From the NCBI GenBank assembly GCA_964016885.1, contig OZ024741.1:56916001-56980000 (forward strand): 64,000 nucleotides of DNA, given 5' to 3'. The notes under the pieces were generated by a model. It did no database searches. It worked only from the letters and a program-made list of their open reading frames with translations, and was not told the DNA's origin. This stretch comes from Eledone cirrhosa (Eukaryota). A program made the translations under genes and the position numbers. Below, one piece after another: positions 26,948 to 38,848 of this stretch. Positions within the stretch are counted from its first letter, which is position 1, and the number at the start of each line of letters is the position of its first letter.

Positions 26948-28041
26948 CATTGTTATATAAACATGTTTTAACGGTATTTACTCCTTTGTATTCATTTCTT
27001 TTACATATATATATATAGGGCATATATTAGGGCATATTCGGCCGGAAGTAGAAAGTGCCGATTGTGCCTACACGAGGCCATGGAGATAGTCAGACTGAAG
27101 GATGACGCCGTCAACTTGAAGTCTGAAATTATCATGACATGCAGACACTAGAGAAGATGCACATTTGCAGCATGGAACCCGCCGGGTGACGCAGGCAGGT
27201 GGCATGGGAATGAGTACGCTCAGACCCGATTGGCCTAGCGGGGTTAGGGGACCTGATGCCATGCCATGATGACGGCGTCTGACCCGTGGGGCAATCATAT
27301 GTAAACCGGGTGCGCACGTGACCGAGCACGCAACATTGCAAGATACACCGCATGGGCCGGGACCGGCTGACACGGGGCCCACTGCCACCAAGTCCTGTGC
27401 AATAAATGTATAGAACAGCACACCCCAGCCACGGTGCCATGCCCCATGGCGACCGTGACGGGCGTCACATTGAATGTGTACACCGTCAATCGTGACTATA
27501 TACTCTACACCTGTTCCACCTTGGAACAGTGATTATTAATATCATTATTGTTCTATCATTGTTCTGTTACTGTTACCTGTTCTATACACGGACACAAGTT
27601 TGCATCTCATAATACCTGTGTGTAGTATATCGCATGGATGCACGCACCCTCTCCTGTACCCCCCCCCCCCCGTTTTTCTTTTTTATTTTACCCGTTCCTT
27701 TATTTTACCCCTTCTTTTCTTGTACCTATTTATGCAGTTACATACAGATTTTAATGTACCCTAAAATATTGTAAATTTATTTATTTATTTTATTATCATA
27801 TTGTGTTTATGTTCACGTGTTTTTATGTGAGAACATGTGTGTGGGTATATGCGCCTGTGTGTGTGAGTAGATGCGTATGTATGCATATATATACGTGGGT
27901 GGGTGCTGGGTGTGTGTATGGGCATGGGTGCGTGTGTGCACGAGCTTATACGCGCCTGTGTGTGCAGACATGTGCATATATATACATATGTGGCGGAATG
28001 TGGGTGTATGTGTACGTGAGTATGTGTGTCTATATATGAGC

Positions 28042-28071
<30 letters not shown>

Positions 28072-28078
<7 letters not shown>

Positions 28079-28711
28079 TTTTGCGAGGTTTTTTATATGA
28101 AATCGTGTGTCGAAACAAATATTGTTATACTTGGGGAGGGTCATATTTGTGTAATATTGCCAGAATTAATAACAGAACACACTCACTGTTTGGTTGGTTT
28201 TCGCTTCTCGCTGTCTTTTATATCGGTAATCTAACTTACTCGGTCCTCAATGTTGCCATTGACTGACCGACGGTCAAAAATAATACAGATACAATATAGA
28301 CACAAACACATATATATATAGTTTATCATAAATCTTTCGTTGCACATCTGCAACATCGTCAGTGGTGTCATATTTTCCTCCTGTTGTGTTGTGTCTACGC
28401 CATTTTTATTCAGTCTCTGAATAAAAATGGCGTAGACATACAAGACAACAGGAAGAAAATATGACACCACTGACGATGTTGCAGATGTGCAACGAAAGAT
28501 TTATGATAAACTATATATATGTGTTTGTGTCTATATTGTATCTGTATTATTTTTGACCGTCGGTCAGTCAATGGCAACATTGAGGACCGAGTAAGTTAGA
28601 TTACCGATATAAAAGACAGCGAGAAGCGAAAACCAACCAAACAGTGAATGTGTTCTGTTATTAATTCTGGCAATATTACACAAATATGACCCTCCCCAAG
28701 TATAACAATAT
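28072..28711. mobile_element. About 590-bp palindrome made of two PLE pseudo-LTRs, plus a 47-nt tail
   Basis: Arms 28119-28413 / 28417-28711 with a 3-nt loop; ends ccctccccaagtataacaata like 26660-26680; HHR in each arm. Confidence 0.9.
28466..28507 (+). ncRNA. Hammerhead ribozyme motif (mirrored on minus at ~28325-28366)
   Basis: acca CTGACGA t gttgca gatg tgcaac GAAA gattta tgat. Confidence 0.65.
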
Positions 28712-28980
28712 ATATATATATATATATGTCTATATGTGTATGTGTGAGTATGTACGTATAGCCACGTTTGAGTAGGTGTGTGTGTGTGGTGGGTGGGTAA
28801 GTGTGCGTATATATATGTGTGTGTGTATGTGTCTATATATGTGGATGTGTATGTGGGTGCAGGTGCATGCATATGCAGGCCTTTATATGTGTCTATATGT
28901 ATTTGTGCATACAAGTATGTGTTTATGTGCATCTCATGGGAATGTGTGCAGATGATTATATATGGACTATATATGCTTTG

Positions 28981-29160
28981 ATTGGCAGTATCAGTAGAGG
29001 GTCGGACGCCAAGCTTTCCAGCATAGTTACGTCCCTTTACGATCTGAGTTCAAATCCCGCCGAGGTTGACTTTGCTTTTCATCCTTACGGGGTCGATAAA
29101 ATAAAGTACCAGTAATGCACTGGGTAATTGCTGGCCTTGTGCCTAAAGTAGAAACAATTA
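28981..29160 (+). mobile_element. S1 SINE copy
   Basis: Near-identical reverse complement of 14805-14983. Confidence 0.85.
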
Positions 29161-29418
29161 TTACTATTATTCTTGTTGTATTAAAAACAAATAACGAAAC
29201 GAAATTAAATTTCGTTTCGTTTGTAACTCACTTTTGTATGACTGACGCTTAAACAATTAAGTTAAAAATGTACATCTACATATGCATACTGAAATACTAG
29301 TGTGTATATGAATACACACACGTATACATATGTAGGTGTAACAGACAAACCGGTTTTTAGAGTCATACTGGTTTTCGGGGGAACACCTTCCCTCTATTCT
29401 CCAGAAAGCCAGACAAGG

Positions 29419-29460
29419 AATATTGAACTAGTTTCGTTGTTACAACTCATCAGCAATATT
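29419..29460 (-). ncRNA. Hammerhead ribozyme R2 copy 1
   Basis: Minus strand: aatattg CTGATGA gttg taa caac GAAA CTAG TT caatatt; 7-bp stem I, GUU site. Confidence 0.85.
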
Positions 29461-29480
29461 TACCTATCTACCGGCCCTTC

Positions 29481-29553
29481 TGGAGAATTGTAAAAGCACA
29501 TATCGTTATATGCTTTTTCTATGAAAATTAGTAGTGGGCAGACTAATTTGCAT
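29481..29553 (-). promoter_or_regulatory. Putative type 3 Pol III promoter of R2
   Basis: Minus strand: ATGCAAAT, 34 nt including TAATTTTCATA, ATATAA, 24 nt, AGAAGGG; same spacing as R1. Confidence 0.6.
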
Positions 29554-29882
29554 AGAGTGTGAGTACGCACCGGTTCAGCGGAGACGATAAAAACAAATAA
29601 CGAAACGAAATTAAATTTCGTTTCGTTTGTAACTCACTTTTGTATGACTGACGCTTAAACAATTAAGTTAAAAATGTACATCTACATATGCATACTGAAA
29701 TACTAGTGTGTATATGAATACACACACGTATACATATGTAGGTGTAACAAGTCTTTCACTGGTTGCTTTACTGTGAGCAACCCAGCTATTCTGTATGTAA
29801 ACACACAGACAAACCGGTTTTTAGAGTCATACTGGTTTTCGGGGGAACGCCTTCCCTCTATTCTCTAGAAAGCCAGACAAGG

Positions 29883-29927
29883 AATATTGAACTAGTTTCG
29901 TTGTTGTTACAACTCATCAGCAATATT
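29883..29927 (-). ncRNA. Hammerhead ribozyme R2 copy 2
   Basis: As copy 1, with 3 extra nt in the stem II region. Confidence 0.8.
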
Positions 29928-29946
29928 TACCTATCTACCGGCCCTT

Positions 29947-30360
29947 TATTATCAGGGCTATCCTTTCTACGGATTGCATTGCATATTGTTTGGGCCACCA
30001 CATCGTACCTTATAGGTAGTTAGTATCGTGATGACATCTTTGAACAGTTGCTTATGATATGGGTGACATCCTTGATATTTATTCCGTGGAGTCAGCATTT
30101 GTTGTTACATCTAGATGCTTTGCTTGCTTCTCTTTTGTGCGTTAGGTATTTCGTTGTTATTTCTTGTTCTTGGATTGCAAAAGCATATCCTTCAAAATGA
30201 GAGCCAATATAGCGATTGTTAGTCCATATTATCTATATTACTGTCCCTTTGAAGCTTTCTGACGACATAGCCATGCATGATTTTTTTGTTGATAAGCATA
30301 CAACGTTTTATCTGTTGTGCAATATCCCTGGATGTAAGTTTTTGGTTATCATAGAGTCAT
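29947..30360 (-). pseudogene. Remnant of an RLE-type non-LTR retrotransposon (R4/Dong-like), post-RT Zn-knuckle region
   Basis: Manual translation EGYAFAIQEQEITTKY..NKC*LHGINIKDVTHIISNCSKM..IRYDVVA resembles the AIQEQ..CRxC..E..HI..C..RHD pattern. Confidence 0.65.
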
Positions 30361-30689
30361 TGGCGGTTTGGGTCTAAAAATATTGGTTCCCAGGAAAAGA
30401 CAAAGGGACCCACACACAACTACGATACTATAATTTGATTTTTATATCGAATAAATAAAATTTTGAAAAAACCCACTCTATTTCTGTGTATGCAACTGAC
30501 CGTAAAATTGTAAAGTAAAAATACGGATTATATATCAAACATTTCTTACCTTCTCCAATAAAAAAGATCTTCTTCTTCTTCTTCTTCTTCTTCTTCTTCT
30601 TCTTCTTCTTCTTCTTCTTCTTCTTCTTCTTCTTGCCGTTCGTTTGTTGACACATATTACAGTTCGTCCCCGTAAGTTTGTTGTTTTTC

Positions 30690-31580
30690 ACCCATGACAA
30701 TCAGTATTTTTCCAATTTTTTGTTGTTGTTACAAAAAAGATATGAGGCATCACTCTTTGCCCTCAAAAACAAAGTTTGTGACTCTTTGTGTCGCAAACAC
30801 ATCAAATTGCTTGAGCACTTTCGGCAAGACAGAAGCAAGTGGCAAGACAGAACTCCTGACATCCATGTCCTGATCAAAGCCTAATGTCCAAGCATTGAGT
30901 CTCTTGTAACATCTCAAATACGTGGACAGGATATATCGTCCGCATGAAAGAAAGCAGGATACCGAAGCAACTGTTTTACGGTGAGCTCCATCTTGGAAAA
31001 AGATCTCAACACAAACAGAAAATGAGGTTCAGGGACAGAATCAAGAGCAACCTCAAAGAGATGGCATTTGATATAGACAACTGAGAGGAGATTGCTCTAA
31101 ATATGGCTGAGTTGAGAAAGCGCATAAAGAGCAGTTGCAAAACTTTTGAGGAATGTCGTCTATAACATAAACAACTGAAACGTCAGCTCCGGAAGGGCTG
31201 TGCTCACAGGCCTGATGAAGTCATCAGTAGTTGGACATGCAAATTCTGTCAGCGTGTACTCCTCTCAAAGGCTGGTAATGTTAATCACCTGAAGTCACAT
31301 GAAAGGATAACCATCTGCAACACCCTCAACAAAGAACTGGCGAAACAACGTGCGTGATGTGCAACAAAGTCTGTAGAACTAGTTCCGGACTAAAAAAACA
31401 CATGGTGGTGCATAAAGATTGTGTCCCACAGGGTGACCCTACCGGTCCTGGGGAAAGCACAACTCTCTTCTGTCACCTACAGCTGGTTTACAAAGTCATC
31501 TAAGAAGTCATGGACACAGATGGGAGGATAACGAAGAATCAATAAGAGACGGCAATCGTCTGTGAAGACGCTGCAATCTT
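30690..31580 (+). mobile_element. Decayed 3' part of an RTE-clade LINE with C2H2 zinc-finger remnants
   Basis: GYIVRMKESRIPKQLFYGELHLGKRSQHKQKMRFRDRIKSNLK; CKFCQRVLLSKAGNVNHLKSH; CNKVCRTSSGLKKHMVVH. Confidence 0.75.
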
Positions 31581-32239
31581 CATGTATAATACATGTATAA
31601 AGAGGTAGATAGATGTGGTATCTCGTGGTTGGTGCAGGAACTGAGTTAAATATTTCACAGACAACAGAAGGTCGGATTCCAAATATTCGTTTGATATTTC
31701 AAAATCCGAATACGTATTTCTATGGCCTTATTACATTATTAGATCATGACGTAAAACTTTGGTGATGTCATCAGGTGTAAATTGCAAAGATCAGATAATC
31801 AATTACAGGATTTGATTCAGGGACGGCACCCCATTCAGCGTTATTGTTGTGACGAACTGCCTCTGATTCGAAGGCCGTTCGTCACAATGATCATTGTGAT
31901 ATGAAAGAATGTAAGATACTAATTAGATGGGTGGCGAACCTGAAAATAGCTAATATATTCTTTTGAAGTCTACCGAAGATGTAGGAGTGGCAATAGGTGT
32001 AGCTATGATCTAAGACAAGTCGTTAAAGGGGGAGTATGTGTACAGAGTGTAATTGACTAATTACTGTTTGGCGTGAAGTGAGGTTTGTTAGTATGTGGGA
32101 CAGGTGGTATAGGTAGAGGAAGTTAATTGATGGAAGTGGAAGATAGAACAGTGATAGATAAGAAGTAAATAGACGTAGATAAACTGATTGTAGACAATAA
32201 AATGGCGTCAGTTCCTGTTGGACAAAAAAGATAGCTGTT

Positions 32240-32990
32240 CTTCTCTTCTTCTTCCTCGTCCACTTATTCCTGAGAGGGTCGTGGGGGGAGAGACCTCAAA
32301 AACTCATTCCAGTGGGTCCTGTCAACTGATCTGGCTGGATTTCCAAGCGAGATCTCTTGCTCGGAGTCTACCCCTGGGTCTCCTGTCAGTTGGTTTTGCC
32401 CGTAAAATCTGTCCAGCAATTCTTTCCTGGGACATTTTACCACACGCCCGTAATATCGGAGCTGTGATCTCTCAACTCGGAGAAGTAGCGGCTCTACCAG
32501 GAGCGACTCTCTGATCTCCAAGCTACGTACTTTATCGAGTAACGTCACTCCAAAGACCCTTCAGAGAAACCCCATTTCGGCCGCTTGTTATTTGCGATCG
32601 TATTCTTTCGATCATTACCCAAGATGACCAAAGTTAAGGGTTGCCACGAATACCGAATCGAAGATAGCGGGTTTGGATTTTACGCAGTACTGATGTTCAT
32701 TCCAGCTACACAGCACTCGGTATCAAACCTATCAAGTGCAAGTCGGAGATCACCTTCTGTCGGGTTAAGTAATACCATATCGTCTGCAAATTCCAGCCGA
32801 CTGATTTTACACCTGCCAGTCATGATATCACTTCCAACCCGGCTGCGCATATCAATCCTGTTCATGAAAATAATGAACAGGAGAGGCGATAATACGCACC
32901 CTTGGTAGAGTCCGACTCGCACATTGAATGGTTTCGATTTAGCACCATTTATCCGAACGCAAATTCTCAGGCATTCGTATAGAGTAGTTT
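32240..32990 (-). mobile_element. 5'-truncated RTE (Expander/Rex3-like) LINE with RT remnant
   Basis: GLYQGCVLSPLLFIIFM..FADDMVL (RT motifs); DKVRSLEIRESL.VEPLLLRVERSQLRYYG. Confidence 0.85.
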
Positions 32991-34299
32991 ACCGTTGTTG
33001 GTTCGGGGTTACTTATTCGTCCAGAAACTGCCCGCTTATATCGTAATTAACCATCATATTTAGTAACTGCATCTTTACCCGCCACCTGCGACCCGTTCTC
33101 TAGCTGAACAGCTCTGCCGAGAATAGCTGTCTCTAGGGAAAATTCATTATTGCAATAAAAAATTAGATGTAGGGTAAATAAATTATTTTAGAAGTAGATG
33201 TAGAGATGTGGGCTCGAATCGAGTCAAGAAAGATGGTTTTTCATGCGTGGTGTAGACTATATTTTTTTGTTTTGAGAGAATAAGTTCAAGGCACATGCAG
33301 TTGTGTATTTGTTATCTGAGGCAATATGAAATAGGATTACTATTATTTTTCATGTAGTTATGTAGTCACAGAGAGTCTAAATTAGACATTGACTTCTCTC
33401 CTCTAATTAGTAGATCGATGGTTCAGATGCAAGGTGCTATAAATTAGTAGGAGAGATATGTGCTTAAGTATTATGAGAAAGTTTGGAAGACCGTTGCACC
33501 AAATAATTTCTAAAATGTCCAAAGTGCAAAGTTCACAGTCGCGCCGATCACCTTGATACATCTTTGCTGTACGTAGAATCGACCAAAGACGATATTATTA
33601 CGTTTTAGATCCCAAATATTCCTAACGGATGCTGTAGATTTTTTTTTTAATTTGAAGTGGCGCCCACATATTTATACGTTCTTATGCTAGTGCTAATTTT
33701 GCATTGGTATATAATATTTTAAAACATGTATTTCCTTATTAGAGGTCATTTGTTGGTCTGTCTGCAGTTATAGTTTTTCCATATGAATGGATTTGGGTTT
33801 GGTTTGAATTGGTTTTCTGGGGTTGTTGTAGGATTGTGAATAGGTTGTGTTAGGTAGGAGCGTTTGTCTACTGATTTTGCTGTTACGGTATGTATATTAT
33901 GGTATAACATCGTTGGTTTTTTGTAGAGATTTGATAATTTTCGATTAATTGCTATTTGTCTGTTCAGGTGTAGGCGGGTTCTTTGAATGATTATCACGGA
34001 GACGTTTAAGATTTAGTCCCGTTATAAAATACTCAAGGTTAGCAATGGTTGAATATCAAAGTCTAAGAGTTCGCTTCTTTAAGATTCTATGGTATCTATG
34101 TGAGGGAAGAAAGTTTTTTCAAATAACTTAAAGCAGCTAATTGAGATACATTGGTGGTTTCCACTGCTTTCACATTTTATGTATAGGATATTAGATATTT
34201 AGTACAAACCATTTTGAAAGTCCTAATATTGGTGTGTGTGTGTGTGTGTCTGTGTGTGTGTGTACGTGTGTGTGTGGGGGGGGGGGGGCGTGTGTGTGT

Positions 34300-34391
<92 letters not shown>

Positions 34392-34499
34392 AGCTAAATC
34401 TATCATATCTACTGCCCAATATACATATTTCTATGTAACACATATTTCTGTTGCATTCATAATTACGCGAAGCTGTGATCACGCAACCACCAACACAAC

Positions 34500-34925
34500 T
34501 TCATCAAGGGAGGGCAATGGTGGGTGGCATATTGCTCAAACACACCTTACAGTCGGTCTTGTCAGAAGCAACCGTCCCCAATTGATCCGGCTGGATCACC
34601 AAGCAGGACCAGCCGGGCTCATGGATGTTATCCAACCATCTTGTTCGGGGGTCAACCCCTGGGTCTCTTGGATACTTGAACTTCTCCACCTGCTTCAGTG
34701 GAACTCCACTCACATGTTGAGGGGACTTCGCAGGCTTCTTTGAGAGGACGAGTGTCTCAGTCTTCAGGGCACTGATTTCCATTCCAGCCGTGCTGCACTT
34801 GGCATCAAACCTATCAAGTACATCTCGGAGATCACTTTCCAACAAATTAAGTAATACTATGTCAACTGAAATTTCCAGCCAACTGATCTTACATCCGCCA
34901 CTCGTGATACCACTTCCTACTGCGC
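34500..34925 (-). mobile_element. Deleted copy of the same RTE LINE family
   Basis: LDRFDAKCSTAGMEISALKTETLVLS..LKQVEKFKY; homologous to 32240-32850. Confidence 0.75.
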
Positions 34926-34989
34926 AAGGTTGTTTATTACGTAATATTGATAAGGGGACGGATGAGTTACATGTTTCCCTTATCGAAGG

Positions 34990-35270
34990 TGTAAGTGATC
35001 CCCATTTGAATCCTTGCATTTTTAGGAGGTCGTGGTGAAGTTTAGTATAACGTCTTTACAGACAGACCGAGGAATGGCTCTGATCTCCTCCCCGATATGT
35101 TCCTTTAGTTCAGTGATGGTCCTGGGGTTGTTGACATATACCCTGTCCTTCAGATTTCCCTATAGAAAGAAATATGTGAGTCTTAAATCAGGGCTGCGTG
35201 GGGCCCACTCAAAATCAATCTTCAAACTGATCACATTATTTCCAAAGGTATGTTTCTTCCATTCTTCTGG
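34990..35270 (-). pseudogene. Tc1/mariner transposase C-terminal remnant
   Basis: EWAPRSPDL..FFL*GNLKDRVYVNNPRTITELKEHI (SPDL motif). Confidence 0.75.
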
Positions 35271-35272
35271 CA

Positions 35273-35353
<81 letters not shown>

Positions 35354-35396
35354 ATAGATAGATAGATAGATAGAGGGATAGAATCATAGATAGATA

Positions 35397-35558
35397 TCTT
35401 TCGTTATTTGCCACAGGGGCGTAAAAAAAAAGACGTGACAGCGGGGGTTTTACATAAAATCTTTAACAATGATGAATAACAATAAACTATATATAAAATA
35501 AAACAATCGAAATCCCCATTAGGGGGTAACGCTACTGCAGGGTTGTTTTACACCCCGT
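35397..35558 (-). mobile_element. Short 3' copy of the Tx1-like LINE in (GATA)n, with target-site duplication
   Basis: Homologous to 18095-18280; ggatagaatcatagatagata on both sides (35376-35396, 35559-35579). Confidence 0.75.
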
Positions 35559-35568
35559 GGATAGAATC

Positions 35569-35651
<83 letters not shown>

Positions 35652-35884
35652 TAATGTAGTGTTACTTAGTAGAAAACATCCAAAGTTGGGAGAGCACTCA
35701 TTCTGTGAAAATACAAATATTTATAACACTAGCTTGGGTGCCATTGTGGTACAATTATTTTTCTGGTTGTTTGTTTCAGATTGTCTCTGAGACAGCCAAA
35801 GGAACAATTTTACCTCAATTATACCATAGTTAGTATTATATATATCTCACACACGCGAGTGTGTGTATGTGTGTGTGTATACTT

Positions 35885-36155
35885 CATTTTTGTATTTGTT
35901 TTGCAAGATTTTCTATCTGAAAACGTGTGTTGAAACAGATATTGTTATGCTTTGGGAGGGTCATGCTGCCAATAAAAACACACGCACCTGTTGGTTTTCA
36001 CTTCAATCTATTATCAACTTCCAGTTGGTTTGCTTAATAACCGGATGGTTGTTTATTTGTTTACTGTCAAAGCTCTTTTGTAACATATGCTGTTACCTCC
36101 TCAGTGACTAATTTGTTATTTCGTGTCTCTCTTTTGTTCTGTCCTACACCATCTG
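35885..36155 (-). mobile_element. Degenerate PLE pseudo-LTR related to 26440-26730
   Basis: ttgttatgctttgggagggtcatgctgccaataa; decayed HHR gtca CTGAGGA ggtaaca..tgttac at ~36065-36108. Confidence 0.7.
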
Positions 36156-36519
36156 CCTTATGTTTAAGCTTTTAAAGGTTCGATTGCAAGTGTTATGCTA
36201 AACAAAATATTTGTTTCTTAAATATGCAATATTTCTGAATAAAAGACTGCAAGGGCAAAGCTGAAATGCCTTTGATCATGTCTGCTCGATCAGGGCTGCC
36301 CTAGAGCTAAATAACACAATAATATCAACAACAACAACAGCAACAGCTACAATAACCACGAAAACCACAACGACAGCGATGACGACAACAATAATTACAA
36401 CAGCAACACTACCAACAACAAAAATGACAACAACAGCAACCACTCTTACAACAACGGTGACAACAAACAGCGATGATTTATTAACTCTGTTGAAAATGGA
36501 AGTGAAACAAAGCAAATGT

Positions 36520-36870
36520 CAAGAGTATACGACTGAATGGCAGAGCAGTATTTCAAAACATGAATGAACTGAGAGAAACTGGATTCAAGAGGAATCAGAT
36601 GTAAGTGTGCAGGAGAGGAGATTGCATTGCCATGGACATGTGATGCTCATAGATAACCATCGCTTGGCGAAGTTGTGCCAGATAATCCCAGTGTAGAGAA
36701 GCTGCAGTAAAAAAAAAGACCAAGGAAGACCTGGATGGAAGTGGTGAGAGCTGATCTCAAATGGCCGAAGCTCATAGAAGAGATGACAAAGAACGCAACA
36801 AATGAAAAGGTGCTGTACTGAGAAGGACCCGTCCAACCCATACAAGCGTAGAATAGAGGGCGTAAAATGA
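36520..36870 (+). mobile_element. 3' remnant of an RTE-like LINE
   Basis: ELREKLDSRGIRCKCAG / ERRLHCHGHVM..GRP..W-like peptide with frameshifts, followed by (AAT/GAT)n. Confidence 0.55.
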
Positions 36871-37309
36871 TAATGATAATGATGATAATATTATCTTTAT
36901 TATTTTCTCTGGAGGAAGGCGTTGGATGGGTAGAATCGGTAGAGAGCATCGGACAAAATTCTTCCCCGCCGAGGTCGATAAAATAAAGCACCAGTTAAGT
37001 ACTGGGATGGAAGTAATCGACCCCCCCCCCCCAACCAACAAAAAAATTACTGACTTTGTGTCAAAATTATAAATTATTATTCTCCTAAGAGCAAGTACCA
37101 AATCTAGTTGTTGTTGCTGCTGCTGTTGTTGTTGTTGTTGACTATTTTGTCTAGCGAGGATCGTAACAATTTATGACAGGTCTATAAAACTAGTAGAATT
37201 TCTTTATCTAAGACATAAACTATCAATCGCAAACAATAACTCTGTTATTGTCAACCACAAAATTATATTGATATAGCCCGCTTGTCTCTCACACACACAC
37301 ACACACACG

Positions 37310-37384
<75 letters not shown>

Positions 37385-37408
37385 TGGCACACATATATAT
37401 ATATATAA

Positions 37409-37660
37409 AGAAGAAGTGTAAGTCAACAGGTTAAAATTAACTTCGTTTATTCATATTCTCTGCTATATATAGTTCGGTGATAACCATTATTCAACAGCTA
37501 TGACCTCATCAGGCAGTTAGAACTTGAACAGAAAAAAAACAAAAAAAAACAAACAAACCCACCTACGGAATAAACGAAGCTAATTTTAACCTGTTGACTT
37601 ACACTTCTTGCTCTAACCAGCATACTGAAGTGTCGGTAAACAACCAACACATACTTAAAG

Positions 37661-37663
<3 letters not shown>
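37409..37663. mobile_element. PLE-type terminus with inverted arm, HHR and tail
   Basis: 37412-37452 inverted versus 37568-37608; tail homologous to 44110-44167; (TA)n flanks. Confidence 0.7.
37460..37516 (-). ncRNA. Hammerhead motif with one core change
   Basis: Minus strand: ctgc CTGATGA ggtcatagctgtt gaat aatggttatcacc GAAC tatatat a gcag. Confidence 0.55.
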
Positions 37664-37709
<46 letters not shown>

Positions 37710-37857
37710 AACCACAGACCCTCCATCTCAATTCTACTTTTGAAAAGCAGAAGAACTGCGAAACCAGTAAAGGAACCAAATAAATATATATATTTTTTTT
37801 AAAAGACTCTAGTTGCATTTTCGATTTCATCTTTTTTCCTTATATATATATATATAT

Positions 37858-38018
37858 AAATGGAAAAAAATGAAACGAAATTTCATTTCTCACTCTTAGT
37901 ACGGCTGATTCTTAGGTGTAAGTATGTATGTACACGTACATACATATATGTATACAGACGTACATACTACTGTACGTCTGTATACATATATGTATGTACG
38001 TGTACATACATATTTACA

Positions 38019-38021
<3 letters not shown>
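37858..38021 (-). mobile_element. R1-family 3' end with 5' inversion
   Basis: Matches 24520-24620; palindrome arms 37917-37964 / 37971-38019; (TA)n flanks. Confidence 0.75.
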
Positions 38022-38086
<65 letters not shown>

Positions 38087-38233
38087 AAAGTTTTATTTAA
38101 AATTGTTGGGATACAACAAGTAAATATTTTATAACTGATATAAAGCACTCGACTATCCAGACAGCCTCCAAAAATAATGGTCACTTCTAATAGGGTACGT
38201 CAAAATTATTTATAAAACTGTTTATATATTGTA

Positions 38234-38294
38234 TTTTATCTGACGAAGGCATGCCATATTTTAATTTGGTATCCCTGAAATATGTATAATAAAA
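38234..38294 (+). ncRNA. Hammerhead ribozyme motif
   Basis: ttttat CTGACGA aggcatgcca..tggtatccct GAAA TATGTA TA ataaaa. Confidence 0.7.
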
Positions 38295-38848
38295 TAGATA
38301 TGGTTTTATAAATATAGTTTCCATTTATTTAATATCGTATATTATATGTGTGTTTATGGCTGCGCGCGAGTGTGTGAGTGAGTGTGTTTTTTTGTGAATG
38401 TGTCTGTTGATTTTTGGCATATAGTTGATTAGTTTAAGAGAAGTTCGAAGATAATTGTAAGATATGCACTCAGTATTTTGAATCTGTCTACAGAATTCTC
38501 TAAACCTTTGTCACTTAGTAGAACCTTAATGAATTTAGCTTTTAAAGAATCTCCCTTTCCTTTAATTCTATCTACCATGACTGACCCCCCACTGATCTTA
38601 TAGACATCTGTTAGCTTTAGAGAAACTTAATGACAAGGAATGGTATGCCATCCGGAACCTGTTTATAGAATTCTGTCTGCCTTTGTTACTCTAAAAACAA
38701 AAATAAATAAAAATAAACTATAGCTTTGTAGAATTAGCTTTTAATGAAATCCCTTTTCTATCAACCAATGACCTACACCCATCCCACTCCCCACCCTCTC
38801 CTACCACTTGTAGAGACCTATAAATACCATATTTATTTTTTGATACCC

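Larger units (their letters stand above)
29183..29946 (-). mobile_element. Tandem non-coding HHR element (retrozyme-like), family R2, ~1.8 units
   Basis: Unit of ~406-464 bp; two HHRs; promoter cassette homologous to R1; terminal hairpin aacgaaacgaaattaaatttcgtttcgtt. Confidence 0.85.
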
